Assembly: GCA_964036045.1 (NCBI GenBank)
Contig: OZ038379.1
Span: 19,468,001 to 19,532,000, forward strand
Direction of reading: 5' to 3'
From: Eutreptiella sp. 'Long Island Sound 2002'
Lineage: Eukaryota; Protista; Euglenida
DNA: 64,000 bases
The position numbers were made by a program, and so were the translations under genes. Shown here in pieces: positions 1 to 12,001 of the stretch (its first letter is position 1; the number at the start of each line of letters is the position of its first letter). Below the pieces are notes generated by a model that worked only from the letters and a program-made list of their open reading frames with translations, was not told where the DNA came from and made no database searches.

Positions 1-496
1 GTCGACCGACAGCGCCAGGCCAGCCAACAAGAGCGGCTCGCCAATCAGTGACGTGGGCGCCTACTCGATTAAATATCCAACCGACAGCAGTTGGCGGTTG
101 CAAGACAGCACCAGTGTTTTGGCTGCCAGCATTTGGCGATTGGCCGCCGGCAGTTGGCCCGCAACCCCCGGCCCAGAACGCCGTCATTTGGGCATCACAC
201 ACCCGGATCCCACTGCGCACTCGGTTGGCCAGGTATGCAGAGCCCAAGATCGAGGGGACCAGCGTGGCTCCCTCAAGCACACAACGCCACGGGGCGTTTG
301 GGCGCCCCGGTGGAGGATATCGCCCCAGGCCCGCCGGCATTCCTTCATCGGTGCTGGTGTTCAGACCAATACAACTTGCGGGGGGCGAATGCAGGGGAAC
401 CGCGACTCGCCGGTCACGGTGACGCGCCGACGGCCATCGGCCATGGGGCGTCTCTCAACGCATTGGCCTCCGAGACCGCTCTGGTACCGGGAGGCC

Positions 497-831
497 TCAG
501 TGCAACGGGGCGTTGCGGCTGCGGTGCACAGTGGGTAGCCAGTTGAAGTCCTGTTTGCTGTCGAGATCGATCCACCGCGAGTTCTGAAGGCCCGTGGGAT
601 GCTCCACGTTGACCTTCGGCTTCGCCGTTTTGTTGCTGAGGTGAAAGCGGAAGCCGCCCACGTTGTTGCCGCTATGGGTCTTGCTGTTGGTGCGGGGTGG
701 CGGCGGGGGCTTGGCCCCGTCAACGTCCCCTACGCTGCTCTTCCACTTGACGAAAAGGTCGTACGCCTTATCCAAGTCGTCTTGCTGTTGCTCCAGGAAG
801 GCCTTCCATGGAGAACTGCTAGCTGCGTTGT
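497..831 (-). CDS. C2-domain protein, terminal exon 3
   Basis: Acceptor CCCCCTCTTCCTTAG|AC is phase-compatible with exon 2 (G|AC = Asp). Reads NAASSSPWKAFLEQQQDDLDKAYDLFVKWK... to TGA at 497-499. Joined CDS is 2082 nt = 693 aa. Confidence 0.65.
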
Positions 832-2099
832 CTAAGGAAGAGGGGGCGGTCAGTTGCGTGTTGGGCCTGGCAATTTCACGCACCGGTGCGGCGGGGGGTT
901 TGGGTATGGGTATGGGCAGGACCGGCGGGGGGTATGGGTATGGGTATGGGCTGGACCCTTCTGCCAGGACCCCGCCATGCCAGGCCACGCCGGGCCATGC
1001 TACCACGCACGCTTGGAGGATCCTGGTTGCCTCTTCGGGTCCGCGAGGCCGCAGGGGTGGTGCCACTGCCGCCTTCGCAATAGACGAGTGAAACATTCGG
1101 GGGGCTTAATCCTAACCATGTCACTTCATGGTGGCTGCCACCAGACGGGGATCGTCCAATTGATGTGACCGCCGGGGTGAATGCCGCGCACATGCAGGGT
1201 GATGACAGGGCGGTCCTCATATCGGACTGGTACCACTGTAGGTCCTCACACAGTGAGGCTTGGACCCTGTCCAAACACTCCTGAGCCATAGGCTAAGGGT
1301 CACAAGCTCTCAGAAGGGTCCCTTGCTACCCTCGCGGAGGACTGACCTGACCGGGTGAGCCACAGGCCACATTCTCCTCTGGTGTGCATCCACAGCCACT
1401 TGGGACAACCAGGAGGGTTAACCCACAGGTCCACAAGACCCCTTGTGACAGTGAGAACCATGGACAATCCAGAGGGACCGTCCCACACATACATGGTGGC
1501 CCGTCGGGGGGCTGAGACGCCGGGCTCCTGGCCACTCGTACTCAGGGGTACCCCGAACAGGGCCCGTATGTGACCCCCACCCCTCTGTTCTGAAGCCGGG
1601 CTCTCCTGGAGACCGCGGCTGGCAACCCTATTTCTTCCACTTGGTCTGGCAGTGGTAGGGCTGCCCCATGCAGATAGCACCTTCCCCAGGGGGTGGTGGT
1701 CCCTGGTGGTGGAGGCCCCCTGTCCAGGCCCGCCTGACTCATCTGACTGTGGCGCCGGGGGGGGGGGGGGACCTAATTAAAAAACAGACAAATGCGGCAC
1801 GGGGGGGAGGTGCCATGAGAGCTGAGCGAGTGTGCCTGTTGGTTCTTCCGGTTGTACGTACATGTTCGCCTTTTGAGGAGGCAATCCTCCACTTGTGGAC
1901 TGGTGAGTGGGTTGTCCACCCGTTGGGTTGGGGGTGGAGGGGGCGGTTTGACAAAAATGCAAGCCAGGTCGGCTAACCCCAACAGCCGGGGAAAATGATT
2001 TTCACTAGGTGAGGGCGCGGCAGTTGTCCCGCTACTCACGAATGCTGCTTCTGCCCCTTGGCCTCCCTCCCACGCCGGCGCCAGCATGCTCCACATAAA

Positions 2100-2340
2100 A
2101 TCTTTTCCCAACACAGCGGAGTTTAGAGGGTGCTCACCACCAACAATGCGGGGAATGTACCACAGGGCCAGGGGGTTCCGGATCACCAAGTGTTACCCAT
2201 CAGCGGTGCACAGCATGTCCAGGCATTTTGCTGGTTGTTTCCGGGGTTTTCTGCCTGGGGCAGTGTGCCGGGTTGCTCCACCAAGGCCCTTCAGTGGGGC
2301 CTGGGTAGTTGTGTACCGTGTGGTGCGACTGTGCTCTAGT
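2100..2340 (-). repeat. Dispersed degenerate coding repeat (second copy at ~59400-59620), probably retroelement-derived
   Basis: Shared DNA (CAGGGGGTTCCGGAYCACCAAGTG) and shared minus-strand peptide: HLVIRNPLALWYIPRIVGGEHP vs HLVVRNPLTLTTWHTICGGEHP. Confidence 0.6.
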
Positions 2341-2668
2341 TCTGGGGCAGTTTCGCAAGGCCTGAAGCCCTTGCCACTCACCCACCCTCTGCCAATTCCC
2401 ATGCCATTGCTACCCCATAGACGGTAACACGTGTGTGCATTCCCTGCGCATGCCTGCCAACCGAAGCGTAACGGACCCTCAGAACGCAAGCTGTCATGCG
2501 GCATGCGGCATGGGTCCGTCTCGATCGCCACAGCATACGTTCCTGGCCTTTTGGATAAATTGGAGTCCATATCATGTCGTGATACATCCAGCACGGCCGG
2601 ATAAGAAACTAGACTAATTTTCCCACGACAGAGTCCCCACTATCGAATTACCAGCACGTGTGGCTCAC

Positions 2669-4037
2669 CCTTTGGGGACGTTCCTCCGAGGGCCATCCCG
2701 GACAAAACAACAAACAGGCTGCCCGCGAGCGCAACGCGTGGGAGATACGGCAGCGCAGGCGAACCTTCGTTCTTGCCGCCGGGCGGGCCGCTGCGCGTCC
2801 GGGGCAGTTCCTCGTCCGGGGCCTGGCCCTGCGCCTGGCCTCGGCCACCACCGGAGGCGTCCGTGCCAAAGCGGTGCGCGCGCGGGAGGGTCTTGCTGGG
2901 GCTGAGGCTGCCGAGCGCGTACGACGCGCGCCGCACCTGCGGCTTCCTCGGCGGCAGCTCGGCCTTCGGATTCTCGCGGCTGCTGTTCGAACTCAGCCGC
3001 GGCTGCGGGCCTCTCGGGGAGGCCTCGCGCTGCGCGCGCGCAGCCGCCTGCGCCGCGGGCGAGTCCGGCAGCGAGTTCCGGCGCGGGGCCATGGGAGAGG
3101 GCTCGTCGGCGTCGGACATCCGGAATGACTCGAGCGCGAGGGCGAACTCGCCCCCGGACCCCTGGCGCCCGAGTGTTGAGGGCTGCCACGACACCGCGCC
3201 GGAGTGCTGGCGCTGGAAGGAGAGCGTGCGACTCGGGGAGCTGTCGGGCGGCACCGGCAGAGGCGCACGGACGGGGCCGATCGGGGACTCCAAGGCCTGC
3301 CCGGAGCCCCGCCGGCCCTGGTGAGGGGGGTGCGCAGTGCTGCCGCTCCCGTCGCCGGTGCTGGGCGACGACGCGCTGCCGGGCACTGCGGGGGCCAGGC
3401 CCAGCAGCGAGTCCAGCACCACGAGGGACGAGGCGTCCAGCGCACTGGGGACGGGATTCCGGCGCAGCGTCCCCGGGTTCGCGGGCCGGACGGTGGACGG
3501 GGTCGCGGTCTCGGGCAGCGCGAGGATACGCGTGGGCTTCGCGGGCGGCGCCGGCACGAGGGCCGGCCTGTCCGGCACCGCCTCGGGTCTGGAGGCGGCG
3601 TCCGGCGTCGGGGCCGGCGGGGGTCCCGCGGGCTCACGCGGCGAGTCCTGCGGCGGGGCCTTCCGGGCCAGTTTGCGCGGCGACAGTTGCTGCGGCAGAC
3701 TGCGGCCGGTCGTGGCCATGAAGAGCCGCGTGGCCGCCGTGATCCGGTGGAAGGGTCCCGGGGGGTCCGAGGGCTCGGAGCTGGTGTCGGTGGCGGTGTC
3801 GGAGCTCTCGTCGGTGGAAAAGGTCGAAGTTGAGGACGGGGTGGCGCAGGGCATGTTGAGGGCGGCGTCCGCGACGTTGGGGAGGTCGCCGGCGCGGGGC
3901 GGCACGACGGCGTGCCGCCAAATGCGGACCTCAATGTCCTGCCGCAGGTCCGAGTCCTCGTCGTCCAGTTGGGCTTGGGTGATGGCCAGGGACCCAAGAC
4001 GCACAAACGACTCCAAGCCGAAGCCAACAGCGGTCAC
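2669..4037 (-). CDS. C2-domain protein, exon 2 (end of C2, long Pro/Ser/Arg-rich disordered region, hydrophobic segment)
   Basis: Acceptor CCGCAG|GTG gives ELWLQ-VTAVGFG, completing the last C2 strand. GC-rich open frame of 456 codons. Donor AAGG|GTGAGC, phase 1. Confidence 0.75.
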
Positions 4038-4267
4038 CTGCGGCCGTGAGGGGTGTGCAGGTGCAGATGCGGGATGGCGGGGCCGTTCAGTCGGTTACAA
4101 CCGACCAGTGAGCCCCCTACTGCCCACCCCGACTACAGATGAGGGGGACAGCACAACGATGTCCTCATTTTGGGGGTCTTCAAATGGTCGGCAGGGCTGA
4201 GCTGGATGTCCCCGCCATAGACACTTCCAGCCATTCTTTATTGCAGGTTGGCCGGGTCACTGCACTC

Positions 4268-4480
4268 GTGCTTAGACAAGCCCGTGCTTGCGCGGAGTGC
4301 GTGGTACCAAAAGAATATGGCTAAGTTGTTGCACCGCGTGCGTACTGCTTGCACCTGCTGGGGAACTCACCCAAGATCACCTGCCCCGTGTCTCATAGCA
4401 CGGCAAAGCAGCAGAGCTCAAAAGATAACAACATCCCTGCTTTCAAATTGGTACTCCAATGTACCTATGAACAAAGGAAT
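4268..4480. repeat. Fragment of the GCACTGCG-end repeat family plus the GTGCTTAGACAAG motif, in intron 1 of the C2 gene
   Basis: 4320-4480 aligns with 40185-40370 (TTGGTACTCCAMTGTMCCTATGAACAAA; peptide LFIGTLEYQ vs LFIGTVEYQ). GTGCTTAGACAAGCCCGTGC lies at 4268-4287. Confidence 0.6.
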
Positions 4481-5157
4481 GCGGCACACAACAGGCCATG
4501 CAAAAAAGACCATGACCATGACCACCCACAACTAGCACGGGTCCAGACTGAGCACTGCAGCACCTCGGGATGAGAGAGCCACCCAGCACCACACTGACCC
4601 ACACGATGCACACAAGCCCTGTGCATGCTCCACAGGTCATGGAAAGGGCTCCACAGCCATAAGCTTGGCACATGGTGATATTGTGGTCCCACAACAGGAT
4701 GGCTGTGATGTACAACACCCACACAGTACCAGCAGGGACAGGGATCACCAGCGGAAAGGAAACAAATAGAGAGGCCCGTTGGTGCAAACCAACAACGTCC
4801 AGGTGTCGGTCGTGCGCCTTCAAACGACCCCTGGGGATGCCATGGGACTTTCATTTTGGCATGTTCCCGGGTCACAGGCGGGGGAAAATGCACGTATACA
4901 CAGCCACAGCCATCGCGGTGTAATGAGCTGACAAAAGAAAACTTCTGCATGGTGTGCAATGACTGGGGAGGGGTGGGGGGGGGGGGGGGGGACCAGGGGG
5001 CTGGACAGATGGCCGACATCCGCTTCATTGTCCCCTATAATGTGCAACTGATGGAGAAGTGGGGCACGGGGGATTCCCTTCAGTTGGCCAACAGCCCGAA
5101 TCTCCTGTCGACACGTTCACAGCCAAAGGCAACGGAAGTGGCGTGTGAGAGGCTCAC

Positions 5158-5535
5158 CTGCAGCCACAGCTCCAACATCAAGGACGGCTGCACTGTGCCC
5201 TTAAATCTGTTGTACTCCACAAGGGGGACGCGGATGTCTTGGGCAACGCCACGCTTCAGGCGTCGGATGGGGATCAGGCAGATGCCGTACCGTGTTGTGT
5301 CCCGCTTGTCCCGCAACGTCACCTCCAGGTAGTCGCAGTCGAAGACGTCAAAGCGGAGGTGGTCCTCTGCTTGTTGACTCCGGGGCATCGGGTAACTCTG
5401 CTGGCCCAAGGTGAAGGTGATGCATCGCTGGTCCCATGGGATGTTCTGCAAGTCCAACACGGCGACGACCAACTGCCGACAACCGCTCAGGCTCTTGGAC
5501 TGACTCATGGCTGGTGTGCCAAAGGGTGTCGACAT
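5158..5535 (-). CDS. C2-domain protein, exon 1 (N-terminal C2 domain)
   Basis: ATG at 5535 preceded by CCCTGCAG/TACAG acceptors. Beta-rich C2-like text (QLVVAVLDLQN...LEVTLRDK...YGICLIPIRRLKRG...LMLELWLQ). Ends at a CAG|GTGAG donor, phase 0; 378 nt. Confidence 0.75.
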
Positions 5536-5879
5536 TCAGACAACTGTACTGCAGGGCATGGAGGCCAATGGTGGCAGACACACGGAAGTGGAAGGACAAA
5601 GGTGGCGAAATTTTACAGCAATGCAATTTGGAGGCTTGGCCCTGTAGACATCTTCGTGCATGCTTAGTCGCCCTTGCCTCCAGAGATCACACAAACACAC
5701 ATCCTGCCCATTGGGGCCCTTTCTGAGAGGGCTTTTGGTGTAGTCATGTCAGCTTTTGGTGACACCTGCTAAGCGGCCTGCCCCGGCATTTTGAGGAGTA
5801 AGTTGTACAATTAACGCTTGGTCAGAAAGTACAAGATCTGCGACTGACAGCAGGTGAGGGTCTTTGCAACCACAGATGG

Positions 5880-6630
5880 CACCCAGATAGCTAGGGGGAA
5901 TCCTTGCACTGCGCATGCACTGCGCGCTACTTTTAGACTATGTCCCCCCTGAAGAGCCCCTAGGCACGCCCCTTGGAAACACCCTTAGAATTAGGCGACC
6001 CAAACTGGACTGGAGGGGACCTTGAGGGGGACCTTCCTGGTTCTTGTGGCATGGTGAAGGACCAGGGGCCTTTGGGGGGGAACTTGACTGTGTGTTGGGC
6101 AGCGGAGATGGAGGGCAATCAGGTGGCAAGTCTGAACTTGGGGTGGCAAAGGAGATGGACTCCATCTTGCATTGCCGATTCACCACTCTCAACCCATCTT
6201 GGTAGTATTCCAAGTGGAGGAGTCCGTCTTCAGCTGTCCCAACCACCATGGCAGGAGGTCGCAGGCCATTGGAGCAGGTGTAGAACACCCTATCCCCAAT
6301 ACTGAGATCCATGGAGAAAATGGGCCTGAGAAATGAGGAGGGAAGTATGATGTCCTGTAGCAGGCACCCTCAAAGTGTATCACCATATCAATCAACTGAG
6401 AAAAAGAGTAGATGTGGTGGAAATGGGCAAAAAATGTGTGCAAAAAAGTAGAAATGGGTGAAACAGGGTGAACATCCAAAAAGGCCAGATCCCCAATGCA
6501 TCAAAACCTACTACCAAACAACAATGATGCCCAAAGATTCACAAAGTATGGGTTTCTACTACGGCCAGACGCCCAAATAGTTGCACTGCGCGCGCACTGC
6601 GCTTAAGGCGCCCCCCTAAACAGAGCCTGT
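5880..6630. mobile_element. Repeat-bounded segment 1 (GCACTGCG-end family), putative non-autonomous element
   Basis: TGCACTGCGCATGCACTGCGCGC at ~5905 and TGCACTGCGCGCGCACTGCGC at ~6582. The flanks align with the ends of the segments at 34.5-35.3 kb and 40.2-40.9 kb. Confidence 0.5.
5938..6312 (-). CDS. Small ORF: ~55 aa Tudor/SH3-like beta-barrel followed by a Pro/Ser-rich tail (element-borne, possibly truncated)
   Basis: MDLSIGDRVFYTCSNGLRPPAMVVG...LHLEY...ESISF aligns in register with the ORF at 11666-12001. Fold assignment is by pattern only. Confidence 0.45.
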   Translation of the reverse strand: MDLSIGDRVFYTCSNGLRPPAMVVGTAEDGLLHLEYYQDGLRVVNRQCKMESISFATPSSDLPPDCPPSPLPNTQSSSPPKAPGPSPCHKNQEGPPQGPLQSSLGRLILRVFPRGVPRGSSGGT

Positions 6631-8162
6631 CCACACCAGAACGCAGACATGTTACCACTGTGACCGGGTCCAAAAAATCCACAAACTGGAGCACAGAAGC
6701 GGCGCAAATTGGACCCCAACGTGGGGAGGGGGGAGGGGGGTGGGGGTGCCACAAAGGCTGGCGGTTTAAACGTGTAAAACAACCACCAACCAGTACCATG
6801 TGCTTTGTACTCCTCATCAACCCTCTTGAACGGCGGTCGGCTGTGCTGGAAAATTTTTTTGTTGTTTTTTATGGTCCCGACCAAGATGAGCTGGCGTACC
6901 CTGCTCATCATATGGTACTCGAGACAATCTCTCGGAATCAAGATTCAGAGCTGTCCAGTGCTACGACTATGATCCCACATAATGTACACATGATCCCACA
7001 TACAGACTGTAGTTGCGGATCTGACACGTAGTGAGGATTAGCTGAGTCTGAAACCAGGTTATGCAGTAGGCCACACCCGTAGGCTTCCCAGTGTGCATGG
7101 CCGTGCCGGAAATTTTCCTCTCATCCCCAAGGGAACATGGGCCTCAGTGAGGGTTCCCTTGCTATCCATCACTTGTAACAACCCATGCTAACACTATGTC
7201 TTGCATGCACCGCATTGAGTACATTCGGGAGGAGGACTATCCAAACCAAAGCCCGGGGCGTAACGGGTGCACAGTGCGCGCACGGTGGGCGCCTTTTTGG
7301 GCAATTACACAGCTTTCACCCCCCAAATGGACCCTCACAGACAGGCCCCAGAAAGCAAGTCCCCAAAGCTTGGGGCCCTGGTGGAGTGACGGACCACAGT
7401 TCCGGCGGGGATTGTTTCGAGGGTGCTGAAATCACACCGCGTGCATCAAAGAAGCTAACATGTTCGTGTAACGTGCACCCTTTTTTGAAGGTAGTGGCTC
7501 ACTGACCCCGAATCAGTGTGTGCTACCAAATCTTCACACCGCTGTCTTCTTCAGCCTACAGTCATTGTGCCTCATGCACACTGAGAAGCCTACGGGCGTG
7601 GCAGTCTCCCACTGCATACCCTGGTTTCAGACTCAGCTAATCATCACTATGCGTCAGACCCGCTACCACAGCCATTGTGGGATCATCGTAGCGCTGGACA
7701 GCTCTGAACCTTGATTCCCAGAGGTTATCTTGAGTACTGTAAAGTGAGCAGGCTCTGATGTTTGCTGCGTAAACATGGGTTTCGTGTTACCATGTGTGCG
7801 CACCGGACTGACGCAACTCACACCGCACACAGTGCGTGGGCGGCACCCTCTCTGGGTGCTTGTTGTGATGTGAGGCCACCCAACAGCGTTTCCACGTAAC
7901 CACCTGGGGGCTGCAACCCAAGCAAAGACTTTGGTACTTTCTAGCTGTCCACCAAATCTACCCTGCAAAACACACCACAGTATAGCAGCACCAGTGAACA
8001 ATATGATAATTTATTGGGATTGCAAGACAATACTATGGTCGTGAGATGCGAAAAATATGTGATCGGAGAGATCAGAACCAGGGACAGATAGCAGTCCAAA
8101 CCCAACAGCAGAGCAATGCAAAGCACAAGACAATAATCTGATACAAGGACGCAGGCATCTCC

Positions 8163-9440
8163 ATGTCATGTTCTCGAGGGAGGAGAGGAAAGGGAGAGAG
8201 GCTGACAAAACACATTGTCGTACCAAGCACATGCCATATTGGTTTTCCTGATACCGGGCACACCCTGAAACTGAGGGCATGTATGCCAGAGCTGGTATGT
8301 ACAGCCAGCCCTATGGGGGGTACAGCACAACAAACAGTCCCCACCATGCGAGCAGAGCTGTACATTGGTGTACCTGATGATCCTGTGCCAGATGTGTCAG
8401 GATGTGAAGGGGAGCAATCAAAGCATCATGCGCTCAAGTGCCCGGAAACAACATGCAGATCAAAGTTCAATTTGCATGCCAGGCCTGCTTTCAGCTGTTC
8501 GAGCGAAACCGAAACTGCAAACTTGCAACTGGCAGAAAACCGAACTTGGTAAGTAAGGCCCCAACGTGAGACCACCCCTTCCGGTGCGATGTTACATCCA
8601 TCTCAGGGTGTAAACACACAGAGGGGTGTGGGTGTGGTACGGGGAGCCACAAGGCGCCGATAACCACAGCATAATCCGTGGGTGTCCTGAGAGAATACGG
8701 ACAGAGCCACAGGGACAACATGAACAGCAGAGCGCCACAAGATACGGGATTGGTGACGGTGAGACACAGTGTCAAACGGTGCCCTCCATCATCAGAGAGA
8801 GGCAGAACAAGGCCTTGGACCTACTACCAGGTAAGTGCCTGCACAAAAGCCACCCCCACAGCCGTGCTATACTTACCAAAACTCGTAACGATGGGGCACT
8901 CGCCGGTGCCGGTGGTCTCTGCCACACAAAGTGGTTTCTTTTTGTCGTCAAACACAGCAGCGCCCAATGTTGTGCATGGAGAATGCAAGGCAGGAAGGTG
9001 GCATGACCAGGAGGCAAACAAACTGAGGTCTGTTGAGCGTTGTGCCAGGGCCTGCAGACATCTGCACCACATGCCTGCCGGCAGACTTCACCCGCTTCCT
9101 GGGACTGACGGCCCACAGCATGTCTGCTCAGCTCACACTGATGGGGGGCGATAGGAGTACTTGTGCCGCACACACACCGTTTGTTCCGGAACGGCTGGAT
9201 ATACTTCCCACCGCCCCATGCCTGCCACCAGCTGCCCTGATAGTTGCGCCGCGTACTCCTCCCATAGAACACTCTCCATGCTCGGACGTGACGGCCACAC
9301 TGCAGGTAATGCCCACGAACGCTAATGGAGGAACGGTTGTCCGCTGTGCAAACGCACAACCGCCTGCCCGCGACCACAAGGAGACCATGTACGCCCACAC
9401 TCTTATCTGTGCAAGTGCAGCAACGTGTTTCGCTGTTTGA
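8163..9440 (+). pseudogene. Possible decayed Cys-rich (CxxC/furin-like) gene with GT-AG introns
   Basis: Overlapping Cys-rich frames (ECKAGRWHD..., DICTTCLP...). GTAAGT donors at 8549 and 8831. A 31-nt GT..AG segment (8831-8861) joins two frames in phase. Frameshifts are still required elsewhere. Confidence 0.3.
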
Positions 9441-9677
9441 GGGGGGATTCAGAGGTGTTCGGCCGGCAGGGGAGCATTGCGTGCGTGCTTGTTGTGCATG
9501 TCGGGAGAAGCCGGATGTGACGCTGCTGCAGAAAGGGGGCATTTCCACGGTTGCGTACCCCGCCCGCGCCTCCCTGCGCAGGCCCCGCTAGGGACACTGA
9601 AATATGCAGAACATGACGCCTTTACCACCGAGTAGCGCTTGCACGATACCCAAGGTACCCCCCCCCCCCCTGCGCAT

Positions 9678-10131
9678 GCACGGCCTTGTCTAAGCACGGG
9701 GTGGGCCCCGTTTGGGGCCGCTGTTTTTGTGGTCCAGAATGGAGGATTGGGTGTTTGTAGAGTGTTTGTATAGGGAAAGAGGGGCTCAGTCATGTTTGTG
9801 ATAGTGCATTGTGTTCATAACAACGCTGTACCACACATTGCAACCCCATGCTGTCTGTTCTGGTGTGATTTTCAGCCATGGCTAACAATGCTATTCCCGG
9901 CATGGCTGGCATGTACGTTCAGAGCACTGGGGAACATTTTTTGGTCCCTCTCGTCATGGAGACAATTACATCCATTTGAAGTACATGCGGAATGGGAAGG
10001 AGATTGAGCACAATGCCGCTTTTGATAAAGTGCTCTTCCCCATTTGCAGCCCCTCGCCATCCCCATCTGAGGGCTCCCCCACATGTTTGCTGTCACGTGT
10101 GTCGCATGCATGCACGGCCTTGTCTAAGCAC
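9678..10131 (-). repeat. Two copies of a conserved 20-bp motif GTGCTTAGACAAGGCCGTGC (9678-9697, 10112-10131)
   Basis: Exact copies 434 bp apart. Variants at 4268, 20775, 21011 and 61020. Confidence 0.8.
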
Positions 10132-11394
10132 AGGGTGGGCGTTGAACCGCCATTTTGACCTGACTTTTGGGAACGCGGCCGTGCTTGCGCAGGGGGGGGG
10201 GGGGGAGAGGAATGTGCAACAGCGTCCACGCGTTGGGCATCTGGAGTGCGGAAGGAAAGCATTTTAAGGAACATAGATCTTGGGCTTGGAGATGTCTCAT
10301 CCCACCGATGCATCCCTGTTGGGTGCTGCAGCAGGGCACTTCCAGTGCCGACAGGGCTAGAGGCTCCGGTGCTGACCTTGTTTATGTTTGCGCATGGGGA
10401 GTGCGGTCACTTGCACCCCCTCTTGTCGCCTTGCACCTTTGCAAGCACAAGGGAGACAAAACTGGGACAACTCAGCATTGCACTCAATCCCTTCCCTTGC
10501 CTCCCCTCCCGATCCTTTCTGCAACTCACGGCAGCGGTCCCCCCAGGCTGCTGCACCTTGAATGCAGCCTCCCGCATATGGGATCCCAAGAGAATGTGCC
10601 GTGTGTCGTCTGGGTGGCGCAATAGCACAGACATGTCCTCTGTAGTGACATGCGTTGGGGGTTGTACATGCATGGTCTCCCCTCCGGAGCGGGCAGTCTC
10701 CAGTCAACCACTGTAACGGGCTGCAGTATGGCTCTCGCGGACAGCAGTGAATTGGTGATGGTGTAACACAGACTGCAACAGTCTGTGACGGACTGTAAGG
10801 AAGTGTAGCTGACTGCAAGGGTATGTGCGGACTGAGAGGAGTGCCATTCCAGCTCAGAAGCCATCGACCCCTGCCCATCCAACCCCGTTTGAAATCATTG
10901 ACTCCAATGTTCCAAAACGGGCCTTTTCAGCGCCTGGCGTCGCTTGCACCGGGGTGGTGCATGTGCAAACGCGGAGGGGGGGTTATGTAGGAAGGAAAAA
11001 AGGAAGCAGGCATATTAAGGAGGGCAGCCATTGGTGTAATCCCTGGCACAGTGCCCCAGTGTCGCGTCCTGCATCACTTTTGTCCCCGTAACCTCCGGCA
11101 TTGCTTCGCCATGGAAGTATGCGAGGGGTCACCTTCATCAAGTCACCTGCACGTACGGACTCATAGCTTTCCAGCAGAGCAATCGGGGGTTTAACCATGG
11201 AGGTCAAGGGAAATGGACCGGACAACACATCCAGCATCCCCTTCATCCTTTTTCTTGTCCAACACAGCGACTCGGAGTCCCAAAGGGGGCGTTGTCGCAC
11301 GGTGCGCGCACGGTGCGTGCACGGTGCGTGCACGGTTCAATGTTTTTGGGATGGTTGCCCAACTTGTACCCCGTTGAATGGCCCCCATAGAAAC

Positions 11395-11600
11395 ACACCC
11401 AGGGTCCTGATTTCTGCACCTTGCAGTCCATACTGGCATACCAGGATTCTTCAATTTTTAGTCTGATGCTTGTCACAGGTTCCAGGGTCCTATTTTCTGC
11501 ACCCTGCAGCCCCTATTGGCGTACCGGGAACTTTTTTTTTTTGAAGCTGATGCTTGTCACAGGTTCCAGGCTCCCAATTTCTGCACCTTGCACGCACCTC
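11395..11600. repeat. Degenerate ~85-bp tandem repeat (~2.5 units)
   Basis: TGATGCTTGTCACAGGTTCCAGG at ~11464 and ~11549. TTTCTGCACCYTGCA occurs three times. Confidence 0.75.
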
Positions 11601-11665
11601 CGTAACAAACCATGCACAGGCGACAACACAAGCGACAACACTGGTTGGTTACGGGAATTTCAATT

Positions 11666-12001
11666 TCATCCGCCACAGCATTCTGGCTCATGATCATCAA
11701 TTCTAGGGGCTTCAGCTTCCACTTCAGGTAATTGGGGCTCCAGCAAAGTGTCCATCGGCGCCTCATGGTGCATAGGTTGGGGGGAATCGGGGCTCTCAGT
11801 AGTCACAATTGCAAACTCCAACCGCTCCTCGGGTGCATGCTCGTACAAGACCTCTTCACCACCCAATTCGTACCTAATAGAGACGCAACTCCCACCTCTT
11901 GGAGAAGGGTCAACGACAGTGGCCGACACCCTATCCCCGTTGGAGCGGTGGTAGTACACAAGCAGTCCGGCGACAAGCTAGGGCAGCTCAGATTCAGGCA
12001 T
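11666..12001 (-). pseudogene. Second small Tudor/SH3-like ORF with a premature TAG after codon 7
   Basis: MPESELP*LVAGLLVYYHRSNGDRVSATVV...VSIRY...ERLEF, homologous to the ORF at 5938-6312. Confidence 0.5.

Noticed and set aside
2658-4200. Several long plus-strand and alternate-frame ORFs over the C2 exon 2, and similarly at 21581-23007, 28300-28980, 53869-55373 and 61457-62491
   Set aside because: Shadow ORFs of GC-rich exons. They are Arg/Gly/Ala-rich with no domain motifs, and the opposite frame has the splice signals and motifs.
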